A stretch of DNA of 64,000 bases from Eledone cirrhosa (Eukaryota). Of the stretch, positions 1 to 15,000 are shown piece by piece; position 1 is the first letter of the stretch, and each line of letters opens with the position of its first letter. The notes beneath the pieces are model-generated. The model had not been told where the DNA came from, ran no database searches, and saw nothing but the letters and a program-made list of their open reading frames with translations. Location of the stretch: the NCBI GenBank assembly GCA_964016885.1, contig OZ024743.1, positions 329,654,001 through 329,718,000 of the forward strand, in the 5' to 3' direction. Both the position numbers and the translations under genes were made by a program.

Positions 1-3000
1 CTCAACACCATCGCAGACCATCACCCCTATCAACCACAGACGACGATCTCAACACCATCGCAGACCATCACCACTATCAACCACAGACAACGATCTCAAC
101 ACCATCGCAGACCATCACCCCTATCAATCAGAGACGACGATCTCAACACCATCGCAGACCATCACCCCTATCACCCACAGACGAAGTTCTCAACACTATC
201 GCAGACCATCACCCCTATCAACCACAGACGAAGTTCTCAACACCATCGCAGACCATCACCCCTATCAACCAGAGACTAGGATCTCAACACCATCGCAGAC
301 CATCACCCCTATCAAACACAGACGACGATCTCAACACCATCGCAGACCATCACCCCTATCAACCACAGACGACGATCTCAATACCATCGCTGACCATCAC
401 CCTTATCAACCAGAGACGACGATCTCAACACCATCGCAGACCATCACCCCTATCAACCAGAGACGACGATCTCAACACCATCGCAGACCATCACCCCTAT
501 CAACCAGAGACGACGATCTTAACACCATCGCAGATCTTCACCCCTATCAACCACAGACGACGATCTCAAAACCATCGTAGACCATCACCCCTATCAACCA
601 CAAACGACGATCTCAACCCCATCGCAGACCATCACCCCTATCAACCACAGACGTTGATCTGAACACCATCGCAGACAATCCTCCCTATCAACCAGAGACG
701 ACGTTCTCAACACCACCGCAGACCATCAGACCTATCAACCACAGACGACGTTCTCAACACCATCGCAGACCATCACACCTATCAACCACAGACGTTGATC
801 TCAACACCATCGCAGACAATCACCCCTATCAACCACAGACGACGATCTCAACACCATCGCAGACCAACACCCCTATCAACCAGAGACGACGATCTCAACA
901 CCATCGCAGACCATCACCACTATCCACCTCAGACGACGTTCTCAACACCATCGCAGACCATCACCCCTATCAACCACAGACGACGATCTCAACACCATCG
1001 CAGACCATCACCACTATCAACCACAGACGACGTTCTCAACACCATCGCAGACCATCACCCCTATCAACCAGAGACGACGATCTCAACACCATCGCAGACC
1101 ATCACACCTATCAACCAGAGACGAGGATCTCAACACCATCGCAGACCATCACCCCTATCAACCACAGACGACGATCTCAACACCATCGCAGACCATCACC
1201 ACTATCAACCACAGACGACGTTCTCAACACCATCGCAGACCATCACCCCTATCAACCAGAGACGACGATCTCAACACCATCGCAGACCATCACCCCTATC
1301 AACCAGAGACGAGGATCTCAACACCATCGCAGATCATCACCCCTATCAACCACAGACGACGATCTCAACACCATCGCAGACCATCACCACTATCAACCAC
1401 AGACAACGATCTCAACACCATCGCAGACCATCACCCCTATCAATCAGAGACGACGATCTCAACACCATCGCAGACCATCACCCCTATCACCCACAGACGA
1501 AGTTCTCAACACTATCGCAGACCATCACCCCTATCAACCACAGACGAAGTTCTCAACACCATCGCAGACCATCACCCCTATCAACCAGAGACTAGGATCT
1601 CAACACCATCGCAGACCATCACCCCTATCAAACACAGACGACGATCTCAACACCATCGCAGACCATCACCCCTATCAACCACAGACGACGATCTCAATAC
1701 CATCGCTGACCATCACCCTTATCAACCAGAGACGACGATCTCAACACCATCGCAGACCATCACCCCTATCAACCAGAGACGACGATCTCAACACCATCGC
1801 AGACCATCACCCCTATCATCCACAGACGACTATCTCAACACCATCGCAGACCATCACCACTGTCAACCAGAGACGACGATCTCAACACCATCGCAGACCA
1901 TCACCGCTATCAACCACAGACGACGATCTCAACACACTCGCAGACCATCACCCCTGTCAACTAGAGACGACGATCTCAACACCATCGCAGACCATCACCC
2001 CTATAAACTAGAGACGACGATCTCAACACCATCGCAGACCATCACCCCTATCAATAAGAGACGAAAGTTCTCAACACCATCGCAGACCATCACCCCTATC
2101 AACCACAGACGGCGTTCTCAACACTATCGCAGACCATCACCCCTATCAATAAGAGACGAAAGTTCTCAACACCATCGCAGACCATTACCCCTATCAACCA
2201 CAGACGACGATCTAAACACCATCACAGACCATCACCCCTATCAACCACAGACGACGTTCTCAACACCATCACAGACCATCACCCCTATCAAACACAGACG
2301 ACGATCTCAACACCATCGCAGACCATCAGCCCTATCAAACACAGACGACGTTCTCAACATCATCACAGACCATCACCCCTATCAAACACAGACGACGATC
2401 TTAACAGCATCGCAGATCTTCACCCCTATCAACCACAGACGACGATCTCAACACCATCGCAGACAATCACCCCTATCAAACAGAGACGACGATCTCAACA
2501 CCATCGCAGACCATCACCCCTATCAACCACAGACGACGTTCTCAACACCATCGCAGACCATCACCCCTATCAACCACAGACGACGTTCTCAACACCATCG
2601 CAGACCATCACCCCTATCAACCACAGACGACGTTCTCAACACCATCGCAGACCATCACCCCTATCAACCACAGACGACGTTCTCAACACCATCGCAGACC
2701 ATCACCCCTATCAATCACAAACGACGTTCTCAACACCATCGCAGACAATCACCCCTATCAACCAGAGACGACGATCTCAAAACCATCGCAGACCATCATC
2801 CCTATCAACCAGAGACGATGTTCTCAACACCATCGCAGACCATCACCCCTATCAACCACAGACGACGTTCTCAACACCATCGCAGACCATCACCCCTATC
2901 AACCACAGACGACATTCCCAACACCATCGCAGACCATCACCACTATCAACCACAGACAACGTTCTCAACACCATCGCAGACAATCACCCCTATCAACCAC

Positions 3001-6000
3001 AGACGACGATCTCAACACCATCGCAGACAATCACCCCTATGAAACTCAGACGACAATCTCAACACCATCGCCGACCATCACCCATATCAACCAGAGACGA
3101 CGTTCTCAACACCATCGCAGACCATCACCCCTATCAACCAGAGACGACGTTCTCAACACCATCGCAGACCATCACCCCTATCAACCACAGACGACATTCT
3201 CAACACCATCGCAGACCATCACCACTATCAATCACAGACGACGTTCTCAACACCACCGCAGACAATCACCCCTATCAACCAGAGACGACGATCTCAAAAC
3301 CATCGCAGACCATCATCCCTATCAACCACAGACGACGTTCTCAACACCATCGCAGTCCATCACCCCTATCAACCACAGACGTTGATCTCAACACCATCGC
3401 AGACAATCACCCCTATCAACCACAGACGACGTTCTCAACACCATCGCAGACCATCACCCATTTCAACCACAGACGACGTTCTCAACACCATCGCAGACCA
3501 TCACCCCTATCAACCACAGACGACGTTTTAAACACCATCACAGACCATCATCCCTATCAACCACGGACGACAATCTCAACACCATCGCAGACCATCACTC
3601 CTATCAACAAGAGACGACGATCTCAACACCATCGCAGACCATCACCCCTATCAACCACAGACGACGATCTCAACACCATCGCAGAGCATCACCCCTATCA
3701 ACCACAGACGACGATCTCAACACCATCGCAGACCCTCACCCCTATCAATCACAGACGACGATCTCAACACTATCGCAGAACATCACCCCTACAACCACAG
3801 ACGACGTTCTCAACACCATCGCAGACCATCACCCCTATCAACCAGAGACGACGATCTCAACACCGTCGCAGACCATCCCCCCTATCAACCAGAGACGACG
3901 TTCTCAACACCATCGCAGACCATCACCCCTATCAACCAGAGATGACGATCTCAACACCGTCGCAGACCATCACCCCTATCAACCACAGACGACGTTCTCA
4001 ACACCATCGCAGATCATCACCACTATCAATCACAGACGACGTTCTCAACACCATCGCAGACAAACACCCCTATCAACAAGAGACGACGATCTCAACACCA
4101 TCGCAGACCATCACCCCTATCAACCAGAGACGACGATCTTAACACCATCGCAGACCATCACCCCTATCAACAAGAGACGACGATCTCAACACCATCGCAG
4201 ACCATCACCCCTTTCAACCACAGACGACGATCTCAACACCATCGCAGAGCATCACCCCTATCAACCACAGACGTTGATCTCAACACCATCGCAGACAATC
4301 ACCCCTATCAACCACAGACGACGTTCTCAACACCATCGCAGACCATCACCCCTATCAACCACAGACGATGATCTAAACACCATCGCAGACCATCACCCCT
4401 ATCAATCACAGACGACGATCTCAACACCAACACAGACCATTACCCCTATCAACCACAGACGACGATCTCAACACCATCGCAGACCATCACCCCTATCAAC
4501 CAGAGACGACGATCTCAACACCATCGCAGACAATCACCCCTATCAACTAGAGGCGACGATCTCAACACCATCGCAGTCTATCACCCCTATCAAACATAGA
4601 CGACGATCTCAACACCATCGCAGACCATCACCCCTATCAACCAGAGACGACGATCTCAACACCATCGCAGACAATCACCCCTATCAACTAGAGGCGACGA
4701 TCTCAACACCATCGCAGTCTATCACCCCTATCAACCAGAGACGACGATCTCAACACCATCGCAGACCATCACCCCTATCAACCACAGACGACGATCTCAA
4801 CACCATCGCAGACAATCACCCCTATCAACCAGAGACGACGATCTTAACACCATCGCAGACCATCACTCCTATCAACCACAGACAACGATCTCAACACCAT
4901 CGCAGACCATCACCCCTCTCAACCACAGACGACGATCTCAACACCATCGCAGACCATCACCCCTATCAACCACAGACGACGATGTTAACGCCATCGCAGA
5001 ACATCACCCCTATCAACCACAGACGACAATCTCAACACCATCGCAGACCATCACCCCTATCAACCACAGACGACGATCTCAACAACATCGCAAACCATCA
5101 CCCCTATCAACCGTAGACGACGATCTCAACACCTTCGCAGACCATCACCCCTATCAACCACAGACGACGATCTTAACACCATCGCAAACCATCACCCCTA
5201 TCAACCGTAGACGACGATCTCAACACCTTCGCAGACCATCACACTTACCAACCACAGACGACGATCTCAACACCATCGCAGACCATCACCCCTATCAACC
5301 ACAGACGACGATCTCAACACCATCGCAGACCATCACCTCTATCAACCACAGACGATGATCTCAACACCATCGTAGACCATCACCCCTATCAACCAGAGAC
5401 GACGATCTCAACACCATCGCAGACCATCACCCCTATCAACCACAGACGACGATCTCAACACCATCGTAGACCATCACCCCTATCAACCAGAGATGACGAT
5501 CTCAACACCATCGCAGACCATCACCCATTTCAACCACAGACGACGTTCTCAACACCATCGCAGACCATCACCCCTATCAATAAGAGACGAAAGTTCTCAA
5601 CAACATCGCAGACCATCACCCCTATCAACCACAGACGACGTTCTCAACACCATCGCAGACCATCACCCCTATCAACCACAGACGACGATGTTAACGCCAT
5701 CGCAGAACATCACCCCTATCAACCACAGACGACAATCTCAACACCATCGCAGACCATCACCCCTATCAACCACAGACGACGATCTCAACAACATCGCAAA
5801 CCATCACCCCTATCAACCGTAGACGACGATCTCAACACCTTCGCAGACCATCACCCCTATCAACCACAGACGACGATCTTAACACCATCGCAAACCATCA
5901 CCCCTATCAACCGTAGACGACGATCTCAACACCTTCGCAGACCATCACACTTACCAACCACAGACGACGATCTCAACACCATCGCAGACCATCACCCCTA

Positions 6001-9000
6001 TCAACCACAGACGACGATCTCAACACCATCGCAGACCATCACCTCTATCAACCACAGACGATGATCTCAACACCATCGTAGACCATCACCCCTATCAACC
6101 AGAGACGACGATCTCAACACCATCGCAGACCATCACCCCTATCAACCACAGACGACGATCTCAACACCATCGTAGACCATCACCCCTATCAACCAGAGAT
6201 GACGATCTCAACACCATCGCAGACCATCACCCATTTCAACCACAGACGACGTTCTCAACACCATCGCAGACCATCACCCCTATCAACCAGAGACGACGAT
6301 CTCAACACCATCGCAGAGCATCACCCCTATCAACCACAGACGACGATCTCAACACCATCGCAGACCATCACCCCTATCAACCAGAGACGACGATCTCAAC
6401 ACCATCGCAGACAATCACCCCTATCAACTAGAGGCGACGATCTCAACACCATCGCAGTCTATCACCCCTATCAACCATAGACGACGATCTCAACACCATC
6501 GCAGACCATCATCCCTATCAACCAGAGACGACGATCTCAACACCATCGCAGACCATCACCCCTATCAACCAAAGACGACAATCTCAACACCATCGCAGAC
6601 CATCACCCCTATCAACCACAGACGACGATCTCAACACCATCGCAGACCATCGCCCTTATCAACCACAGACGACGATCTCAACACCATCGCAGACCATCAC
6701 CCCTATCAACCACAGACGACGATCTTAACACCATCGCAGACCATCACCCCTATCAACCGTAGACGACGATCTCAACACCATCGCAGACCATCACACTTAC
6801 CAACCACAGACGACGATCTCAACACCATCGCAGACCATCACCCCTATCAACCACAGACGACGATCTCAACACCATCGCAGACCATCACCTCTATCAACCA
6901 CAGACGATGATCTCAACACCATCGTAGACCATCACCCCTATCAACCAGAGACGACGATCTCAACACCATCGCAGACCATCACCCCTATCAACCACAGACG
7001 ACGATCTCAACACCATCGTAGACCATCACCCCTATCAACCAGAGATGACGATATCAACACCATCGCAGACCATCACCCATTTCAACCACAGACGACGTTC
7101 TCAACACCATCGCAGACCATCACCCCTATCAATAAGAGACGAAAGTTCTCAACACCATCGCAGACCATCACCCCTATCAACCACGGACGACAATCTCAAC
7201 ACCATCGCAGACCATCACCCCTATGAACCACAGACGACGATCTCAACACCATCGCAGAACATCACCCCTATCAACCACAGACGACGATCTCAACACCATC
7301 GCAGACCATCACCCCTATCAATCACAGACGACGATCTCAACACTATCGCAGAACATCACCCCTATCAACCACAGACGACGTTCTCAACACCATCGCAGAC
7401 CATCACCCCTATCAACCACAGACGACGTTCTCAACACCATCGCAGACCATCACCCCTATCAACCACAGACGACGATCTCAACACCATCGCAGACTATCAC
7501 CTCTATCAACCAGAGACGACGTTCTCAACACCATCGCAGACTATCACCTCTATCAACCACAGACGACGTTCTCAACACCATCGCAGACCATCACCCCTAT
7601 CAACCACAGACGACGTTCTCACCACCATCGCAGACCATCATCCCTATCAACCAGAGACGACGTTCTCAACACCATCGCAGACAATCACCCCTATCAACCA
7701 CAGACGACATCCTCAACACCATCGCAGACAATCACCACTATCAACCACAGACGACGTTCTCAACACCATCGCAGACCATCACCCCTATCAACCACAGATG
7801 ACGATCTCAACACCATCGCAGACAATCACCCCTATGAAACACAGACGACAATCTCAACACCAACGCAGACCATCACCCCTATCAACCAGAGACGACGATC
7901 TCAACACCAACGCAGACCATCACCCCTATAAACCAGAGACGACGATCTCAACACCATCGCAGACCATCACCCCTATCAACTAGAGACGACGATCTCAACA
8001 CCATCGCAGTCTATCACCCCTATCAACCATAGACGACGATCTCAACACCATCGCAGACCATCATCCCTATCAACCAGAGACGACGATCTCAACACCATTG
8101 GCAGACCATCACCCCTATCAACCAGAGACGACGATCTCAACACCGTCGCAGACCATCACCCCTATCAACCACAGACGACGATCTCAACACCATCGCAGAC
8201 TATCACCCCTATCAACCAGAGACGACGATCTCAACACCGTCGCAGACCATCACCCCTATCAACCACAGCCGACGATCTCAACACCATCGCAGACCATCAC
8301 CACTATCAACCAGAGACGACGATCTCAACACCATCGCAGACCATCACCGCTATCAACCACAGACGACGATCTCAACACCATCGCAGACCATCACCCCTGT
8401 CAACTAGAGACGACGATCTCAACACCATCGCAGACCATCACCCCTATAAACTAGAGACGACGATCTCAACACCATCGCAGACCATCACCGCTATCAACCA
8501 CAGACGACGATCTCAACACCATCGCAGACCATCACCCCTGTCAACTAGAGACGACGATCTCAACACCATCGCAGACCATCACCCCTGTCAACTAGAGACG
8601 ACGATCTCAACACCATCGCAGACCATCACCCCTATCAACCACAGACGACGTTCTCAACACCATCACAGACCATCACCCCTATCAAACACAGACGACGATC
8701 TCAACACCATCGCAGACCATCACCCCTATCAACCACAGACGACGATCTTAACACCATCGCAGATCTTCACCCCTATCAACCACAGACGACCATCTCAACA
8801 CCATCGCAGACAATCACCCCTATCAACCACAGACGACGATCTCAACACCATCGCAGACCATCACCCCTATTAACCACAGACGACGATCTCAACACCATCG
8901 CAGACCATCACCCCTATTAACCACAGACGACGATCTCAACACCATCGCAGACCATCACCCCTATTAACCACAGACGACGATCTCAACACCATCGCAGACT

Positions 9001-12000
9001 ATCACCACTATCAATCACAGACGACGTTCTCAACACCATCGCAGACCATCACCACTATCAACCAGAGACGACGATCTCAACACCATCGCAGACCATCACC
9101 GCTATCAACCACAGACGACGATCTCAACACCATCGCAGACCATCACCCCTGTCAACTAGAGACGACGATCTCAACACCATCGCAGACCATCACCCCTATA
9201 AACTAGAGACGACGATCTCAACACCATCGCAGACCATCACCCCTGTCAACTAGAGACGACGATCTCAACACCATCGCAGACCATCACCCCTGTCAACTAG
9301 AGACGACGATCTCAACACCATCGCAGACCATCAGCCCTATCAACCACAGACGACGTTCTCAACACCATCACAGACCATCACCCCTATCAAACACAGACGA
9401 CGATCTCAACACCATCGCAGACCATCACCCCTATCAACCACAGACGACGATCTTAACACCATCGCAGATCTTCACCCCTATCAACCACAGACGACCATCT
9501 CAACACCATCGCAGACAATCACCCCTATCAACCACAGACGACGATCTCAACACCATCGCAGACCATCACCCCTATTAACCACAGACGACGATCTCAACAC
9601 CATCGCAGACCATCACCCCTATTAACCACAGACGACGATCTCAACACCATCGCAGACCATCACCCCTATCAACCAGAGACGACGATCTCAACACCATCGC
9701 AGAACATCACACCTATCAACCACAGACGACGATCTCAACACCATCGCAGACTATCACCACTATCAATCACAGACGACGTTCTCAACACCATCGCAGACCA
9801 TCACCCCTATCAACCACAGACGACGTTCTCAACACCATCGCAGACCATCACCCCTATCAACCACAGACGATGTTCTCAATACCATCGCAGACCATCACAC
9901 CTATCAACCACAGACGACGTTCTCAACACCATCGCAGACCATCACCCCTATCAACCACAGACGACGTTCTCAACACCATCGCAGACCATCACACCTATCA
10001 ACCACAGACGACGTTCTCAACACCATCGCAGACAATCACCCCTATCAACCAGAGACGACGATCTCAACACCGTCGCAGACCATCACCCCTATCAACCACA
10101 GACGACGTTCTCAACACCATCGCAGACCATCACACATACCAACCACAGACGACGATCTCAACACCATCGCAGACCATCACCCCTACAACCACAGACGACG
10201 TTCTCAACACCATCGCAGACCATCACACCTATCAACCACAGACGACGTTCTCAACACCATCGCAGACAATCACCCCTATCAACCAGAGACGACGATCTCA
10301 ACACCGTCGCAGACCATCACCCCTACAACCACAGACGACGTTCTCAACACCATCGCAGAACATCACCCCTACAACCACAGACGACGTTCTCAACACCATC
10401 GCAGACCATCACCCCTATCAACCAGAGACGACGATCTCAACACCGTTGCAGACCATCACCCCTATCAACCAGAGACGACGTTCTCAACACCATCGCAGAC
10501 CATCACCCCTATCAACCAGAGACGACGTTCTCAACACCATCGCAGACCATCACCCCTATCAACCAGAGACGACGTTCTCAACACCATCGCAGAACATCAC
10601 CCCTACAACCACAGACGACGTTCTCAACACCATCGCAGACCATCACCCCTATCAACCACAGACGACGTTCTCAACACCATCGCAGATCATCACCACTATC
10701 AATCACAGACAACGTTCTCAACACCATCGCAGACAATCACCCCTATCAACAAGAGACGACGATCTCAACACCATCGCAGACCATCGCCCCTATCAACAAG
10801 AGACGACGATCTCAACACCATCGCAGACCATCACCCCTATCAACCACAGACGACGATCTCAACACCATCGCAGACCATCACCCCTATCAACCAGAGACGA
10901 CGATCTCAACACCATCGCAGACCATCACCCCTATCAACAAGAGACGACGATCTCAACACCATCGCAGACCATCACCCCTATCAACCACAGACGACGATCT
11001 CAACACCATCGCAGACCATCACCCCTATCAACCACAGACGACGATCTCAACACCATCGCAGACCATCATCCCTATCAACCAGAGACGACGATCTCAACAC
11101 CATCGCAGACCATCACCCCTATCAACCACAGACGACGATCTCAACACCATCGCAGACCATCTCCCCTATCAACCACAGACAACGATCTCAACACCATCGC
11201 AGACCATCACCCCTCTCAACCACAGACGACGATCTCAACACCATCGCAGACCATCACCCCTATCAACCACAGACGACGATGTTAACACCATCGCAGACCA
11301 TCACCCCTATCAACCACAGACGACAATCTCAACACCATCGCAGACCATCACCCCTATCAACCACAGACGACGATCTCAACACCATCGCAGACCATCGCCC
11401 CTATCAACCACAGACGACGATTTCAACACCATCGCAGACCATCACCCCTATCAACCACAGACGACGATCTTAACACCATCGCAGACAATCACCCCTATCA
11501 ACCGTAGACGACGATCTCAATACCATCGCAGACCATCACACATACCAACCACAGACGACGATCTCAACACCATCGCAGACCATCACCCCTATCAACCACA
11601 GACGACGATCTCAACACCATCGCAGACCATCACCCCTATCAACCACAGACGACGATCTCAACACCATCGCAGACCATCACCCTTATCAACCAGAGATGAC
11701 GATATCAACACCATCGCAGACCATCACCCATTTCAACCACAGACGACGTTCTCAACACCATCGCAGACCATCACCCCTATCAATAAGAGACGAAAGTTCT
11801 CAACACCATCGCAGACCATCACCCCTATCAACCACAGACGACGTTCTCAACACCATCGCAGACCATCACCCCTATCAACCACAGACGACGATCTCAACAC
11901 CATCGCAGACCATCACCCCTATCAACCACAGACGACGATCGCAACACCATCGCAGACCATCACCCCTATCAACCAGAGACGACGATCTCAACACCATCGC

Positions 12001-15000
12001 AGACAATCACCCCTATCAACCACAGACGACGATCTCAACACCATCGCAGACCATCACCCCTATCAACCAGAGACGACGATCTTAACACCATCGCAGACCA
12101 TCACCCCTTTCAACCAGAGACGACGATTTCAACACCATCGCAGACCATCACCCCTATCAACCACAGACGACGATCTTAACACCATCGCAGACAATCACCC
12201 CTATCAACCGTAGACGACGATCTCAATACCATCGCAGACCATCACACATACCAACCACAGACGACGATCTCAACACCATCGCAGACCATCACCCCTATCA
12301 ACCACAGACGACGATCTCAACACCATCGCAGACCATCACCTCTATCAACCACAGACGATGATCTCAACACCATCGTAGACCATCACCCCTATCAACCAGA
12401 GACGACGATCTCAACACCATCGCAGACCATCACCCCTATCAACCACAGACGACGATCTCAACACCATCGCAGACCATCACCCCTATCAACCAGAGACGAC
12501 GATCTTAACACCATCGCAGACCATGACCCCTATCAAGCAGAGACGTCGATCTCAACACCATCGCAGATTATCACCCCTATCAACCACAGACGACGATCTC
12601 AACACCATCGCAGACAATCACCCCTATCAACCAGAGACGACGTTCTCAACACCATCGCAGACCATCAGACCTATCAACCACAGACGACGTTCTCAACACC
12701 ATCGCAGTCCATCACCCCTATCAACCACAGACGTTGATCTCAACACCATCGCAGACAATCACCCCTATCAACGACAGACGACGTTCTCAACACCATCGCA
12801 GACCATCACCCCTATTAACCAGAGATGACGATCTCAACACCATCGCAGACCATCACCCATTTCAACCACAGACGACGATCTCAACACCATCGCAGACCAT
12901 CACCCCTATCAATAAGAGACGAAAGTTCTCAACACCATCGCAGACCATCACCCCTATCAACCACAGACGACGATCTCAACACCATCGCAGATCATCACCC
13001 CTATCAATCAGAGACGACATTCTCAACACCATCGCTGACCATCACCCCTATCAACCACAGACGACGATCTCAACACCATCGCAGACCATCACCCCTATCA
13101 ACCAGAGACAACGATCTCAACACCATCGCAGACCGTCACCCCTCTCAACCACAGACGACGATCTCAACACCATCGCAGACCATCACCCCTATCAACCACA
13201 GACGACGATGTTAACACCATCGCAGACCATCACCCCTATCAACCACAGACGAAGTTCTCAACACCATCGCAGACCATCACCCCTATCAACCAGAGACGAC
13301 GATCTCAACACCATCGCAGACCATCACCCTTATCAACCACAGACGACGATCTCAACACCATCGCAGACCATCACCCCTATCAACCACATACGACAATCTC
13401 AACACCATCGCAGACCATCACCCCTATCAAACAGAGACGACGATCTCAACACCATCGCAGTCCATCACCCCTATCAACCATAGACGACGATCTCAACACC
13501 ATCGCAGACCATCACCCCTATCAACCAGAGTCGACGATCTCACACCATCGCAGACCATCACCCCTATAAACCACAGACGACGTTCTCAACACCATGGCAG
13601 ACCATCACCCCTATCAACCACAGACGACGATCTCAACACCATCGCAGACCATCACCCCTATCAACCACAGACGACGATCTCAACGCCATCGCAGACCATC
13701 ACCCCTATCAACCGGACACGACGATCTCAACACCATCGCAGACCATCACCCTTATCAACAAGAGACGACGATCTCAACACCATCGCAGACCATCACCCCT
13801 ATCAACCACAGACGACGATCTCAACACCATCGCAGACCATCACCCCTATTAACCACAGACGACGATGTCAACACCATCGCAGACCATCACCCCTATCAAC
13901 CGAGACGACGTTCTCAACACCATCGCAGACCATCACCCCTATCAATCACAGACGACGATCTCAACACTATCGCAGAACATCACCCCTACAACCACAGACG
14001 ACGTTCTCACCACCATCGCAGACCATCACCCCTATCAACCAGAGACGACGATCTCAACACCATCGCAGACCATCACCCCTATCAACCAGAGACGACGATC
14101 TCAACACCGTCGCAGACCATCACCCCTATCAACCACAGACGACGTTCTCAACACCATCGCAGACCATCACCCCTATCAACCACAGACGACGTTCTCAACA
14201 CCTTCACAGACCATCACCCCTATCAACCATAGACGACGATCTCAACACCATCGCAGACCATCATCCCTATCAACCAGAGACGACGATCTCAACACCATCG
14301 CAGACCATCACCCCTATCAACCACAGACGACGATCTCAACACCATCGCAGACCATCACCCCTATCAAACAGAGACGACGATCTTAACACCATCGCAGACC
14401 ATCACCCCTATCAACCACAGACAACGATCTCAACACCATCGCAGACCATCACCCCTCTCAACCACAGACGACGATCTCAACACCATCGCAGACCATCACC
14501 CCTATCAACCACAGACGACGCTGTTAACACCATCGCAGACCATCACCCCTATCAACCACAGACGACAATCTCAACACCATCGCAGACCATCACCCCTATC
14601 AACCACAGACGACGATCTCAACACCATCGCAGACCATCGCCCCTATCAACCACAGACGACGATCTCAACACCATCGCAGACCATCACCCCTATCAACCAG
14701 AGACGACGATCTCAACACCATCGCAGACCATCACACTTACCAACCACAGACGACGATCTTAACACCATCGCAGACAATCACCCCTATCAACCGTAGACGA
14801 CGATCTCAATACCATCGCAGACCATCACACATACCAACCACAGACGACGATCTCAACACCATCGCAGACCATCACCCCTATCAACCACAGACGACGATCT
14901 CAACACCATCGCAGACCATCACCTCTATCAACCACAGACGATGATCTCAACACCATCGTAGACCATCACCCCTATCAACCACAGACGACGATCTCAACAC

